This document shows, piece by piece, positions 9,739-19,367 of a DNA stretch of 64,000 nucleotides. The translations under genes and the position numbers were made by a program. How positions within the stretch are numbered: the first letter of the stretch is position 1; each line of letters begins with the position of its first letter. The DNA lies in contig CP070751.1 of the NCBI GenBank assembly GCA_020348445.1, positions 703,116 through 767,115 on the forward strand, in the 5' to 3' direction. Origin of the DNA: Thermoplasmata archaeon (GTDB taxonomy: Archaea; Thermoplasmatota; Thermoplasmata; GCA-020350865). Under the pieces are notes generated by a model. That model did not search any database. It was not told where the DNA came from and saw nothing but the letters and a program-made list of their open reading frames with translations.

Positions 9739-10401
9739 GTGCTTTTGCTTAAGAAACTTGATATCAATGGAAATCCCTATATTGGTGTATACTGCCATGC
9801 CAACGAAGAATTCGCCCTAGTACCCCATGTTTTTTCCAAGAAGATGATATCCCAGGTTGAGGAATGTTTGGATGTGGAGGTTTTTAAGACCACCTGTGCA
9901 AACTCCTCGATTATCGGGGTTCTTATGACCTCCAATTCACACGGTATGGTGGTGACGAATTTTGCTGAGGAAAAGGAACTTGAGGCTATAAAAGACAGGC
10001 TCAACATTCTTTACATTCCAGATATTCTCAATGCAGTTGGTAACAATATACTGGTTAATGATAAATTTGCCATGGTCCACCCCGATATCAAAAAAGGAAC
10101 CTTGGAAAGAATTCAAGACACTCTGGATGTAGAAGTCATCCCAGGAAAGATCGCTGGGCAAAAAACCGTTGGCGCGCAAGGAGTTGTAACAAATCGCGGA
10201 CTGTTGTGCCACCCGCATACTACAAAGAAAGAACTTGAGCTTTTGAAAAAAAGATTTGGAGTGAATGCGGATATAGGGACCGCAAACTACGGTACCCCTC
10301 TCGTCGGAGCCTGTATGATCGCCAATTCAAAAGGAGCCGTGGTTGGATCCACAACAACACCTATTGAGCTTGGGAGAATCGAAGAAGCTCTTGAATTGTA
10401 G
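9739..10401 (+). CDS. eif6: Translation initiation factor 6 (aIF6)
   Basis: GNPYIGVY, GSQ-like GAQGVVTNRGLLCHP, GTANYGTPLVGACMIAN, TTPIELGRIEEAL; probable GTG start at 9739. Confidence 0.93.
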   Translation: MLLLKKLDINGNPYIGVYCHANEEFALVPHVFSKKMISQVEECLDVEVFKTTCANSSIIGVLMTSNSHGMVVTNFAEEKELEAIKDRLNILYIPDILNAVGNNILVNDKFAMVHPDIKKGTLERIQDTLDVEVIPGKIAGQKTVGAQGVVTNRGLLCHPHTTKKELELLKKRFGVNADIGTANYGTPLVGACMIANSKGAVVGSTTTPIELGRIEEALEL

Positions 10402-10413
10402 GGGTAAATATCT

Positions 10414-11052
10414 TCACAATGTAAATACCCAGATCTCCAGCTCTTCTGGTAGGTCCTCTTTTTCGAAGTCCATCTCGTTTCCCACTCTTATCACCCTATT
10501 TTCGTTTATATCTTGTAGAAAAGGCTCCACAGGTTTTATGGAAAGCGAAAGTCCTCCCACCCTATAATGCATTGGAATCGCTACATTTGGCGAAAGGGCC
10601 GAAACGACCTTCCACGCCTCTTTTGGTCCGATTGTAAAAACATTTCCCACAGGAACGAATACAATATCGATTTTACCGAGCTTCCTAATAACTTCTTCAT
10701 CCAAAAGATGTCCCAAATCACCGAGGTGGCATAGATTAATGCCATCTACAACGAATTTAAAAAGCAGGTTTTCACCGCGTTTATTTCCTTTGGAATCGTC
10801 GTGATAGACCTTGATGCTTTTTATTGAAACACCATTTTTCGTTGTGTCCATTTCCTTATTTAAAATATTTGTTTTGCGCCCTTCTACTGCTTTAGGATGG
10901 TTATGATCAAAATGATTGTGGCTGATTAATACTATATCTGCTTTCGTGTGTGGTGGTTTAATACCAATGGATTTTCCATCATGTGGATCTGTTACTATCG
11001 TCACACCGTCGCCTATTTCAAAACATGCATGACCGTGCCACCGAATTTTTAT
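10414..11052 (-). CDS. MBL-fold metal-dependent hydrolase
   Basis: DPH..., SHNHFDH, HLGDLGH, PMHY motifs. The frame extends upstream of the track start to IKIRWHGHACFEI, beginning at an ATA codon (11052) after a GGGGGGAG SD. Confidence 0.85.
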   Translation of the reverse strand: MKIRWHGHACFEIGDGVTIVTDPHDGKSIGIKPPHTKADIVLISHNHFDHNHPKAVEGRKTNILNKEMDTTKNGVSIKSIKVYHDDSKGNKRGENLLFKFVVDGINLCHLGDLGHLLDEEVIRKLGKIDIVFVPVGNVFTIGPKEAWKVVSALSPNVAIPMHYRVGGLSLSIKPVEPFLQDINENRVIRVGNEMDFEKEDLPEELEIWVFTL

Positions 11053-11449
11053 AGGGCTCCCCCCGATTATTTCATGTAACGTTTTATTGGTATATAATTT
11101 CTGCGATGATAGTCATACAATTTTTTAATATCATTGTCATGATAGTATACGGGATTTTTTTGATATTTTTATGATATATTTTGGAGAATAGTAAAGCGAG
11201 CTTTTTTTCTGTTTTGATGTTAAAATATAGAAAATTCCCCAAAATTATTTGAAACATTCAGAACAAAACCTATATGTTTATATACCACAAGATACCTAAA
11301 ACGTATGAGATACTAAATCGAATTTGACGCTATTCGTCGTTTAATCCCGAAAAAATCGAGAAAAAAGAAAATAACGGACCAAATATTGGTATGCATTTCA
11401 AGGGGATTGGGCGGTTTTACATAAAGCCGCTTAAATAGAGGCGAAAGAG

Positions 11450-14437
11450 ATGAAGAAAAAGGAACGTATGAGAGGCAATCATCCTATTCTCAGCAAGAGC
11501 TGTAGTTACTCTCACATTCCTTTACCTTGCTTATCAATAAGTAAACCGAAAATAAAACGTGTGGTTGCTTTATTGGTATTTTATATATTAATCTTCCCAG
11601 CTATATTTCAATTTCAAACATTTGTGAGGGCTGATATTGAACCAACTATCACTGCCTCTGAAATTGATCCTGGGGAATTAACTGCTACATGGACCTTTGA
11701 TTATCCAGATGCTTTCAATACAACAGAAACAGTCATTGCAAACAGTGAGGCAGTTTTAAAAACCTACGATTACCAATGGAATCAAAGCACTCAAAACGAT
11801 TTTACCCAAGGTGATTTGGATAATATTGTCGTCACCCAGAAACCTTTTGTAAAGCGTGTATATTCAGATGACTTCGAGTCCGGAAGTTGGGGTTGGGTGC
11901 ACGGTATATTGGATACAGGAAAGGACCATTGGGAGCTCGGTCATGTATCATATATACCTGGATTCATCGGCCCAAGGGATTCGGGCAGCTTTGTGTGGGG
12001 TACTAAATTGGACGGTAAATACGATGATGACACAGGTGTTCCCAGTGATTGTTTTTTACAATCCCCTTCCATTGACTTAAGCGATTCTGAAGAAACTAAG
12101 ATGACGTTTTGGCATTACTATGATTTTGAGAATGAAACTGTTTGGAATGATGGGGGTAGAGTCGAGATATCTGTGGATAATGGTGTGTCCTGGATACCCA
12201 AATTTCCCTTTGGAGGGGGATACCCGGATATTATAGTAAGTGAAGACAATCGCCTTCATGGGGAATGGTGTTTTGTTGGAAACAGCACAGCCTGGATCCA
12301 GGAGACTTTTGATTTATCTTCATATGATGGAAAAGAGAGTCTAAAGATCAGGTTCCATTTTGCAACAGATGGTGTCATTTCTGCATATGGCTGGTACATT
12401 GATGAAATTGAAATCACCAGCACCACATATGGTGATGGAGAGTTAGAGCTTACTCCAAGGAGTGTGGAGATTGGTGTCGAGTCAGCGAACAGCATCCAGC
12501 GACCGCCGTTTGAAACAGTGATCGACATAAACAATCCTGCCAATGTGGATGGTGTACTGACTGAATGGTGGGTTCATATAACAAGTACCACTTTGAATGC
12601 AAAAGGTAAAATGAAGATATTTAGACCAAAAGGAGACAAGATTGTATTTGTAAATGAAACAGGATTTGTTGATATCTCTGTTGGAAGAAATGAATTTACA
12701 TGTTACATCGAAATCAGGGCTGGCGATTACATTGGTTGGTATGGAGAAGATGCATCGATATATGCAAAATCCGAGGGAGTGGCATATTCCATGCCGCAAG
12801 ATATATCCCAAAATCATTCAATGTCCAACTGGACCAAGACCACCTTAACTAATACATATTCAATAGGTGCAAGGGGCGCATCAAGGTTTCCTGTTGGCAC
12901 TATAATATCTCAGCCTTTTGATGCTGAGTCACCTGCCATGTGGGAGGAAATCAGGTGGAGTGAGACCTTACCTGTGGATGAGGTGGATATCTTTATCCAA
13001 ACAAGATCTGGGAATTCCTCTGATCCAGATGACGGCACCTGGAACCCATGGTCATCCCAACTTTCAAATCCCAACAGTTCGTCCATAAGGTCGTCAGATG
13101 CCCAGTACATACAATTTAAAGCTACCCTCAGCACAACAAAACAACCCTTCACCCCGACACTTTCCAGTGTCTCTGTTCTTTATGGTAAGTATTCAACCTA
13201 CGGAGATATAGAAACAAGCGATTTTGTCCCAGAGTTTGTGGTTCAATGGCAGGATTTCACTGTGGATGAAAGCCACAATGAGTTGATACAGGAAATTGAT
13301 TATTTTTATTCCATTGATTCAGGGGAAAATTGGGATTCAGTTCCCGATGATGGTGATTTACGCTTCGTGAGTGTCCTTGAGGGAAAAATCCGTTTTAAAA
13401 TGAACCTCTCCACAGGTGATACAACATTATCACCGATAATCAGGGAGATGGGCATTTCATACACATCCAACAGGCCAGATATGGGATTGTATATAGCGTC
13501 TGATAAGGAGACTGCCAAACCCGGTGATATGGTATCGTTTTCAATTTTCTATGAAAATATGGGTGAGAGCAATGCCCAGGGAGTGAGCATAGCCCTGGAA
13601 CTGGACGACAACCTGACCTATAGAGGTGATAACAGCATTGTTCAACCCACTGTAGAAGAGGGCAATGTGATAAGATGGGACTTTTTATCCTTGGAACCTC
13701 CTCTAAACAGAACACTTTTGGTGGATACCAAGGTTAAAGACGATATTAACAAAGAAACAGTCATCGTGGTCAGGGCGGTTTTAAATTACTCTGACATAGG
13801 CGGAAATCAATATGATAAAGTGTTTTCCAATGTCATAGTTATAAATATAAAAATAAGTCAGGCCTGGTATTCTGATTATCTGTATGTGAGTGCCGTTATA
13901 ATAGTGATACTGATTGCTGCCATGATTTTGGTATTCCGCAGGTACAAATCCCTGAGGGATAGTGAGATAAAGATCAATTACAAGGATGTGGGTAATGGGA
14001 TAGGATATTTGGTCATGGAGGAGAATCCAACTATAAGCTACGGTATTTTCTCTGATCTCATTGATGAAGGGCATTCCGGATTGTGTATAACCAGGACTTT
14101 TCCCCAAAGGGTAAAAGCCAGCTATTACTTTGAAGGGGTCTCGATTCTATGGCTGAGCAGATCTAGGGATAAAAACAGCATTCTGCCCACTAACCTCGGT
14201 GGGGTTCTTAACTATGTCAAGGACTTCATGGAAGAGAATGAAAATCCTGTAATTCTGTTGGATGGATTGGAATATCTCATGGTGCATAACGACTTTCAAA
14301 GGGTGCTCAAATTGGTACATGGTCTAAACGAACTTGTAGCCATATATGATGCAAAGTTACTGATGCCCTTAAATCCCCTTACAATGGATGTGGACAAGGT
14401 GGCTCTCTTTAAAAGGGATTCGAAGATATTGGGTTGA
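11450..14437 (+). CDS. Single-pass membrane protein: large extracellular region (MAM/immune-inhibitor-A-like beta-sandwich, DUF11-like domain) and cytoplasmic DUF835 domain
   Basis: FWHYYDFE..DGGRVEISVDNG..IRFHFATD..GWYIDEI; DKETAKPGD..Y.N.G..NA..V.I...L; TM VSAVIIVILIAAMILVF; DUF835 pattern GLCITRTFP..ILWLS..VILLDGLEYLMVHNDF..LLMPLNP. Confidence 0.82.
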   Translation: MKKKERMRGNHPILSKSCSYSHIPLPCLSISKPKIKRVVALLVFYILIFPAIFQFQTFVRADIEPTITASEIDPGELTATWTFDYPDAFNTTETVIANSEAVLKTYDYQWNQSTQNDFTQGDLDNIVVTQKPFVKRVYSDDFESGSWGWVHGILDTGKDHWELGHVSYIPGFIGPRDSGSFVWGTKLDGKYDDDTGVPSDCFLQSPSIDLSDSEETKMTFWHYYDFENETVWNDGGRVEISVDNGVSWIPKFPFGGGYPDIIVSEDNRLHGEWCFVGNSTAWIQETFDLSSYDGKESLKIRFHFATDGVISAYGWYIDEIEITSTTYGDGELELTPRSVEIGVESANSIQRPPFETVIDINNPANVDGVLTEWWVHITSTTLNAKGKMKIFRPKGDKIVFVNETGFVDISVGRNEFTCYIEIRAGDYIGWYGEDASIYAKSEGVAYSMPQDISQNHSMSNWTKTTLTNTYSIGARGASRFPVGTIISQPFDAESPAMWEEIRWSETLPVDEVDIFIQTRSGNSSDPDDGTWNPWSSQLSNPNSSSIRSSDAQYIQFKATLSTTKQPFTPTLSSVSVLYGKYSTYGDIETSDFVPEFVVQWQDFTVDESHNELIQEIDYFYSIDSGENWDSVPDDGDLRFVSVLEGKIRFKMNLSTGDTTLSPIIREMGISYTSNRPDMGLYIASDKETAKPGDMVSFSIFYENMGESNAQGVSIALELDDNLTYRGDNSIVQPTVEEGNVIRWDFLSLEPPLNRTLLVDTKVKDDINKETVIVVRAVLNYSDIGGNQYDKVFSNVIVINIKISQAWYSDYLYVSAVIIVILIAAMILVFRRYKSLRDSEIKINYKDVGNGIGYLVMEENPTISYGIFSDLIDEGHSGLCITRTFPQRVKASYYFEGVSILWLSRSRDKNSILPTNLGGVLNYVKDFMEENENPVILLDGLEYLMVHNDFQRVLKLVHGLNELVAIYDAKLLMPLNPLTMDVDKVALFKRDSKILG

Positions 14438-14556
14438 GAAAGTCTTATGAAATGCATTTTAGAGATGGAGTTCTCGTGTATAAGACTTTATTGTGAGCCA
14501 AGTTTTTTTGTGGGTATGGGGAACCTTAAAATAACCCAAACTCTGTGTGGGAAAAC

Positions 14557-15177
14557 ATGGCCGATTTGAAGAGAGGAGTATTGATCACCATCGAGGGTAT
14601 TGACGGTGTGGGCAAGACCACTCAGACCAAATTGCTTACCGAGTATCTGAGGGAAAAGGATTACCGGGTTGTGCAGCTTCGGGAGCCTACAGACGGTTTT
14701 TGGGGCAAGAAGATCAAGAACCTGACTAAACATGGCAGGACTGCTTCTCCAAAGGAAGAGTGCCAGTGGTTCCTAAATGACAGAAAGGAGGATGTAGAAA
14801 AAAATATCAATCCTGCATTATCCCAGGGAAAAATCGTGATCATGGACAGGTATTACTATTCCACAATTGCCTATCAGGGTGCATTGGGTCTTAACACAGA
14901 GAAAATAAGGGAAGAAAACGAGAAGTTCGCGCCAAAACCCGATATGGTGATAATCCTGGATGCCCCTCCCAAGGTAGGATTGGATAGGATAACAGACAAA
15001 AGAAAAGAAGAATTGAACTATTTCGAGACACTTGAGTACCAGGAAAAGGTCAGAGCGCTTTTTTTGAGTATGAAAAATTATGACAATGTGAGGATATTGG
15101 ATGGGAGCAAGAATGTGGAGGAGATTCAGGGGGATATCAGGAGGGTGGTGGAGGAGTTGATCAATATTATTGGATGA
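14557..15177 (+). CDS. tmk: Thymidylate kinase
   Basis: ITIEGIDGVGKTT P-loop, REP, DRYYYSTIAYQG, PKPDMVIILD. Confidence 0.93.
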   Translation: MADLKRGVLITIEGIDGVGKTTQTKLLTEYLREKDYRVVQLREPTDGFWGKKIKNLTKHGRTASPKEECQWFLNDRKEDVEKNINPALSQGKIVIMDRYYYSTIAYQGALGLNTEKIREENEKFAPKPDMVIILDAPPKVGLDRITDKRKEELNYFETLEYQEKVRALFLSMKNYDNVRILDGSKNVEEIQGDIRRVVEELINIIG

Positions 15178-15230
15178 TGGAAATTCAAATTTTTGATAAA
15201 TCTCATTTTAATTAAGCAACTTCTATGATA

Positions 15231-15833
15231 TCATTTCTTTTTAATTATTATAAGTACCAGGTAGACAAGAGGGACAGAAACAAATATGAAAATCGGCATA
15301 TATTTGGATTGTGTATCGGGTTTAGGAAGTTCATATTGTAGGGTTTGAATAGATACAGATTTATTAATAATAGTTACAGTAATCTCACCACTCCATATTG
15401 AAATAGTGCCACTTGTAGCGCCCTTTTCCCATATTCCGTTCCAGTGAATAATGTATGACAAATTTGTGTTATTTTCTAAGTTACTTGAAATATGGATCCT
15501 TTGTACAACTTTTTTTCTTTCTCCAGGCCCAATAAAAAAGTGGGAGTTACTGAATTCTGTTTCAGGTTCGCTTTGCACTGTAACTTCAAAGGTTAGAAAT
15601 GTTTCATTATTGTAAACTGTCCAATTAAATATTGCATCCTCCTTAGGTGAAACATACTTATGCACACTATCTACAACAACCTCCAGCTTTGGCTGCCTTA
15701 TAATGTCTCCAATAACCAGAGGATTCAATATCAAGAAAACTATAAGAAGAATTATCACTCCTCTAAAACTATTGGATATTTGTTTTTTATTTACTACAAA
15801 TTTGTTATGGGTATCCCCTCCAAGCGATTTCAT
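15231..15833 (-). CDS. Secreted or membrane-anchored hypothetical protein, tandem paralog of 15941-16537
   Basis: Signal-like helix; shares LEVVVDS..K.VSP.EDA.F.WT.YNN.T and W.G.W..G..SGTI with its neighbour; C-terminal TM + KKK. Confidence 0.7.
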   Translation of the reverse strand: MKSLGGDTHNKFVVNKKQISNSFRGVIILLIVFLILNPLVIGDIIRQPKLEVVVDSVHKYVSPKEDAIFNWTVYNNETFLTFEVTVQSEPETEFSNSHFFIGPGERKKVVQRIHISSNLENNTNLSYIIHWNGIWEKGATSGTISIWSGEITVTIINKSVSIQTLQYELPKPDTQSKYMPIFIFVSVPLVYLVLIIIKKK

Positions 15834-15940
15834 TTAATCACAAGGATACTATGTCTTAGGACTCAGATAAATAGTTTGGAGTGACATTTTGACAGTCAAA
15901 AATATAGACCAAAAATGCTTTAAGAATCAATATATTTATT

Positions 15941-16537
15941 TCAGTCACGAGATTTTCTTCGTTTTTTTCTCAATATAATTAGAATAACAAAAATAGCAGC
16001 TAACAAAAAAATCGGTTCAAAGCCTGGTGTAGAGCCACCACCGTTATCATCATCTTCACCATTTTCAGCACCACTATTTCCATTTTCGTCGAGATTTGTA
16101 TTGTTAATTACGGTAACACTTACAACTCCTTCGATGGGTACGATAGTCCCGCTGCTCATACCTCGATACCATGTTCCTTCCCATTTTACATGACGGAAAT
16201 AATATGTGTTATTTTCATCACTTGGCGAAGTCTCAATGGTTTGGGTGATGGTATGAGATTCGCCAGGTTCAAGTGTGAATGTGGATTCACTAAATTCTAA
16301 GGGCTCCTCGCTGGAAACAGATAAATCATAAGATGTTAAAGTGTCATTATTGTACGCAGTCCATAAAAATACAGCATCTTCTCCAGGTGAAACTTCCTTA
16401 GATGTGCTATCCACAACAATCTCTAAATTCCCATCAGGTGCCATAACTGGCATTGATAATATGTTCAACACCAGAAATAAGGTTATCATGAAAATAATAG
16501 TAGATCTACCTTTTGTCCCTTCCATGAAATGCACCAT
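15941..16537 (-). CDS. Secreted protein with PGF-CTERM (archaeosortase) sorting signal
   Basis: C-terminus TPGFEPIFLLAAIFVILIILRKKRRKSRD = PGF + TM + basic cluster; N-terminal signal helix. Confidence 0.8.
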   Translation of the reverse strand: MVHFMEGTKGRSTIIFMITLFLVLNILSMPVMAPDGNLEIVVDSTSKEVSPGEDAVFLWTAYNNDTLTSYDLSVSSEEPLEFSESTFTLEPGESHTITQTIETSPSDENNTYYFRHVKWEGTWYRGMSSGTIVPIEGVVSVTVINNTNLDENGNSGAENGEDDDNGGGSTPGFEPIFLLAAIFVILIILRKKRRKSRD

Positions 16538-16597
16538 CTAAGATTATGTGATTTAGTATATATATATTGTTTGGGGCGCAATTTTGACCAAGTAAAC

Positions 16598-19276
16598 CTA
16601 CTCCTCTTTCTCCTCAACCTTCTTCTTCATCTCATTCAACTTGTTCAGAGCCTCCAAGGGCGTCATCTCATTCAAATCCAATTTTTTAATGTCATCAACT
16701 ACAGGATGTGGAGTTGGATTTGGCTCAAAAAGAACCAGCTGTGTTAACTTCCTCTTGGAGGGAAAAACATCCTTAGGATCCTTCCCACTTGTTTCATCGC
16801 TCACCCTTACTATGTTCTCCTCCTCGATGCTTCTTAGAACCTCATTTGCCCGGGCAATCACATCATGGGGAAGACCTGCGAGCTTTGCCACTTCAATTCC
16901 ATAGCTTTTGTTGGTCCCACCAGGCACCACCTTTCTCAGGAATATTATGCCTTCCTTATCCTCCTTAATCGCGATATTGTAGTTAACCACTCCCTCGTAA
17001 ATCTCGGCAAGCTCTGTTAGATTATGATAATGTGTGGCAAAAAGTGTCTTTGCCCCGATTTTATTCTTATTATGTATGTACTCAGCCACGGCCCAAGCTA
17101 TGCTTAAGCCGTCGTAAGTGCTTGTCCCTCTGCCTATCTCGTCAAGTATTATAAGGCTTTTTTCTGTGGCGCAGTTGAGAATGTTTCCCAACTCCATCAT
17201 TTCAACCATGAAAGTACTCTGGCCCCGGCTCAGATCATCATATGCCCCTACCCTGGTAAATATCCTGTCAACCAGGCCTATGGATGCCGATTTTGCAGGA
17301 ACAAAGCTCCCCATCTGGGCCATTATCGTGATCAAGGCCACCTGACGCATGTACGTGGATTTACCAGCCATGTTCGGGCCAGTTAAAATTATCAACCTGT
17401 TGCTTTTTCCATCGAGGTGAGAATCATTTGGGATGAAAGCCGAATACAGGGAATGCTCGATTACTGGATGCCTCCCCTCGATAATTACTATCTCCTCACC
17501 TTCATTTACATCAGGTTTCGTATAATTGTTGTTGACAGCAACCTTTGCGAAGGCAGCCAAACAATCGAGTTCAGATATGGCGGATGCCGTGCTCCTTATA
17601 TCAGAGGAGTGCTCTGCCACCTGCTCCCGAATATCAATGAACAGTTCGTATTCCAATGCATTCATTTTCTCTTGGGCACTTAAAATCAACGATTCCTTTT
17701 CCTTTAACTCGGGTGTTACAAACCTCTCCGAATTTGCTAGGGTCTGCTTTCTTATATAATCCTCAGGCACCTGGGATAAATTAGCCTTTGTGACCTCGAT
17801 ATAGTAGCCAAAGACCTTGTTGTATCTCACCCGAAGCGATTTAATACCTGTTCTTTTTTTCTCCTGTTTCTCAAGCTCTGCAACCCAGGTCTTGCCCCCC
17901 TTTGCAATCTCCTTGAGTTCATCCAGCTTTGTGTCAAAACCCTTTTTAATCAATCCCCCCTCTTTTACAGTCAAAGGAGGGTCATCAACTATTGCACAAT
18001 CTATGAGCTTCACAACATCTTGAAAATCCAAGAGATCCTGAGCTATTCTCTTAAGTAGAAGTGATTTCATTTTGCTCTCTTTTAGGGTACTTCTTATTTG
18101 AGGTATCAATTTCAAAGAATCAGATAATGCGATCAAATCCCTTGCATTTGCACTGCCGTACACTATCCTGCTGGTGAGTCTTTCCATATCCTTTAGCTCA
18201 ACAAGGAAATCCAATAAATCCTGCCTGAGAAAGGTGTTTTGAAAGAGCTCCTCGCATGCGTTCTGGCGCATGGTAATTTTGCTCACCTTACGTTGAGGCT
18301 GAGAAAGCCATTTGCGCATCATCCTGCTGCCCATGGGGGTTGCGGTTCTATCCAGTATCTCCAACAACGTGCCATTTGAACTTCCATCTCTTACATTCCG
18401 GAAAATCTCGAGATTCCGAAGTGTTGTTGCATCCAATATCATATAATCGGCTGTTGAATATGTGCTTACAACATCGATATGGTCCATATCTGCTTTTTGC
18501 GTCTCCTTAAGATAGCTTATTACAGCCCCAGAAGCCTCGATAGCCATGGGCAGTGATTCAGCACCCATACCCTCCAGGCTGATGGTTTTAAAATGCGAAA
18601 GCAAGGTCTGATAGGCTATATCATGGTGAAAGTGTTCATCCCCATAGGCACTGACAAGTATGTTCTTGCTTGCATCCTTTAAAATCTTAATCATTGCCTC
18701 ATCCTTTTCAAGACTCTCGGGAAGAATGCACTCCGCTGGTTTAAATCGTGTAATCTCTGTTGTGAGCCTGGAGTTTAGATCCTCTCCTTCCAACTGAGTT
18801 GTTAAAAACTCTCCAGTTGACACATCCACAAAGGCAACTCCGAGCCCCTTATCTCCCTTGGATATCGCCATTAGAAAATTGTTTGTATGCTCATCGAGCA
18901 TGCCGCTTTCAAGAACAGTACCTGGGGTAACGAGCCTCACAACCTCCCTTTTTACTATCCCCTTTGCTTCTTTTGGATCCTCCACCTGCTCGCAGATGGC
19001 AACCTTATACCCCTTTTTAATCAACTTAGCAAGATACGGCTCCAGTGCATGATACGGAATTCCAGCGAGTGGAATTCTCTTATCTGCTCCTTTATTTCTG
19101 GAGGTTAAGGCAATATCCAGCTCCTTTGAAACCAGCTTTGCGTCCTCGTAAAAGGTCTCATAGAAATCACCCATGCGAAAGAATAGAATGCTGTCAGAAT
19201 ATTCATTTTTGATTCTGCTGTACTGTTGCATCATAGGTGTTGCTTTTGCCAAAACACTCCCCACCTTATTTGTCAC
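16598..19276 (-). CDS. mutS: DNA mismatch repair protein MutS (MutS1)
   Basis: [61 protein letters not shown]; real start may be TTG 19252. Confidence 0.96.
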   Translation of the reverse strand: MTNKVGSVLAKATPMMQQYSRIKNEYSDSILFFRMGDFYETFYEDAKLVSKELDIALTSRNKGADKRIPLAGIPYHALEPYLAKLIKKGYKVAICEQVEDPKEAKGIVKREVVRLVTPGTVLESGMLDEHTNNFLMAISKGDKGLGVAFVDVSTGEFLTTQLEGEDLNSRLTTEITRFKPAECILPESLEKDEAMIKILKDASKNILVSAYGDEHFHHDIAYQTLLSHFKTISLEGMGAESLPMAIEASGAVISYLKETQKADMDHIDVVSTYSTADYMILDATTLRNLEIFRNVRDGSSNGTLLEILDRTATPMGSRMMRKWLSQPQRKVSKITMRQNACEELFQNTFLRQDLLDFLVELKDMERLTSRIVYGSANARDLIALSDSLKLIPQIRSTLKESKMKSLLLKRIAQDLLDFQDVVKLIDCAIVDDPPLTVKEGGLIKKGFDTKLDELKEIAKGGKTWVAELEKQEKKRTGIKSLRVRYNKVFGYYIEVTKANLSQVPEDYIRKQTLANSERFVTPELKEKESLILSAQEKMNALEYELFIDIREQVAEHSSDIRSTASAISELDCLAAFAKVAVNNNYTKPDVNEGEEIVIIEGRHPVIEHSLYSAFIPNDSHLDGKSNRLIILTGPNMAGKSTYMRQVALITIMAQMGSFVPAKSASIGLVDRIFTRVGAYDDLSRGQSTFMVEMMELGNILNCATEKSLIILDEIGRGTSTYDGLSIAWAVAEYIHNKNKIGAKTLFATHYHNLTELAEIYEGVVNYNIAIKEDKEGIIFLRKVVPGGTNKSYGIEVAKLAGLPHDVIARANEVLRSIEEENIVRVSDETSGKDPKDVFPSKRKLTQLVLFEPNPTPHPVVDDIKKLDLNEMTPLEALNKLNEMKKKVEEKEE

Positions 19277-19367
19277 ACGTTGAATGGGCTTTTCAAATAG
19301 CCTTGTAATTAATGTATCTGTCGAAGGTATTAAAATATATCGATTTTAAAGTTAATGGAAACATCAG

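Noticed and set aside
11060-11450. AT-rich intergenic region with short repeats (atgatagt twice)
   Set aside because: Consistent with ordinary divergent promoters; the repeats are too short to call an origin or an operator.
16598-19276. MutS1 without a neighbouring mutL
   Set aside because: mutL may lie elsewhere; MutS1 is already known in several archaeal lineages.
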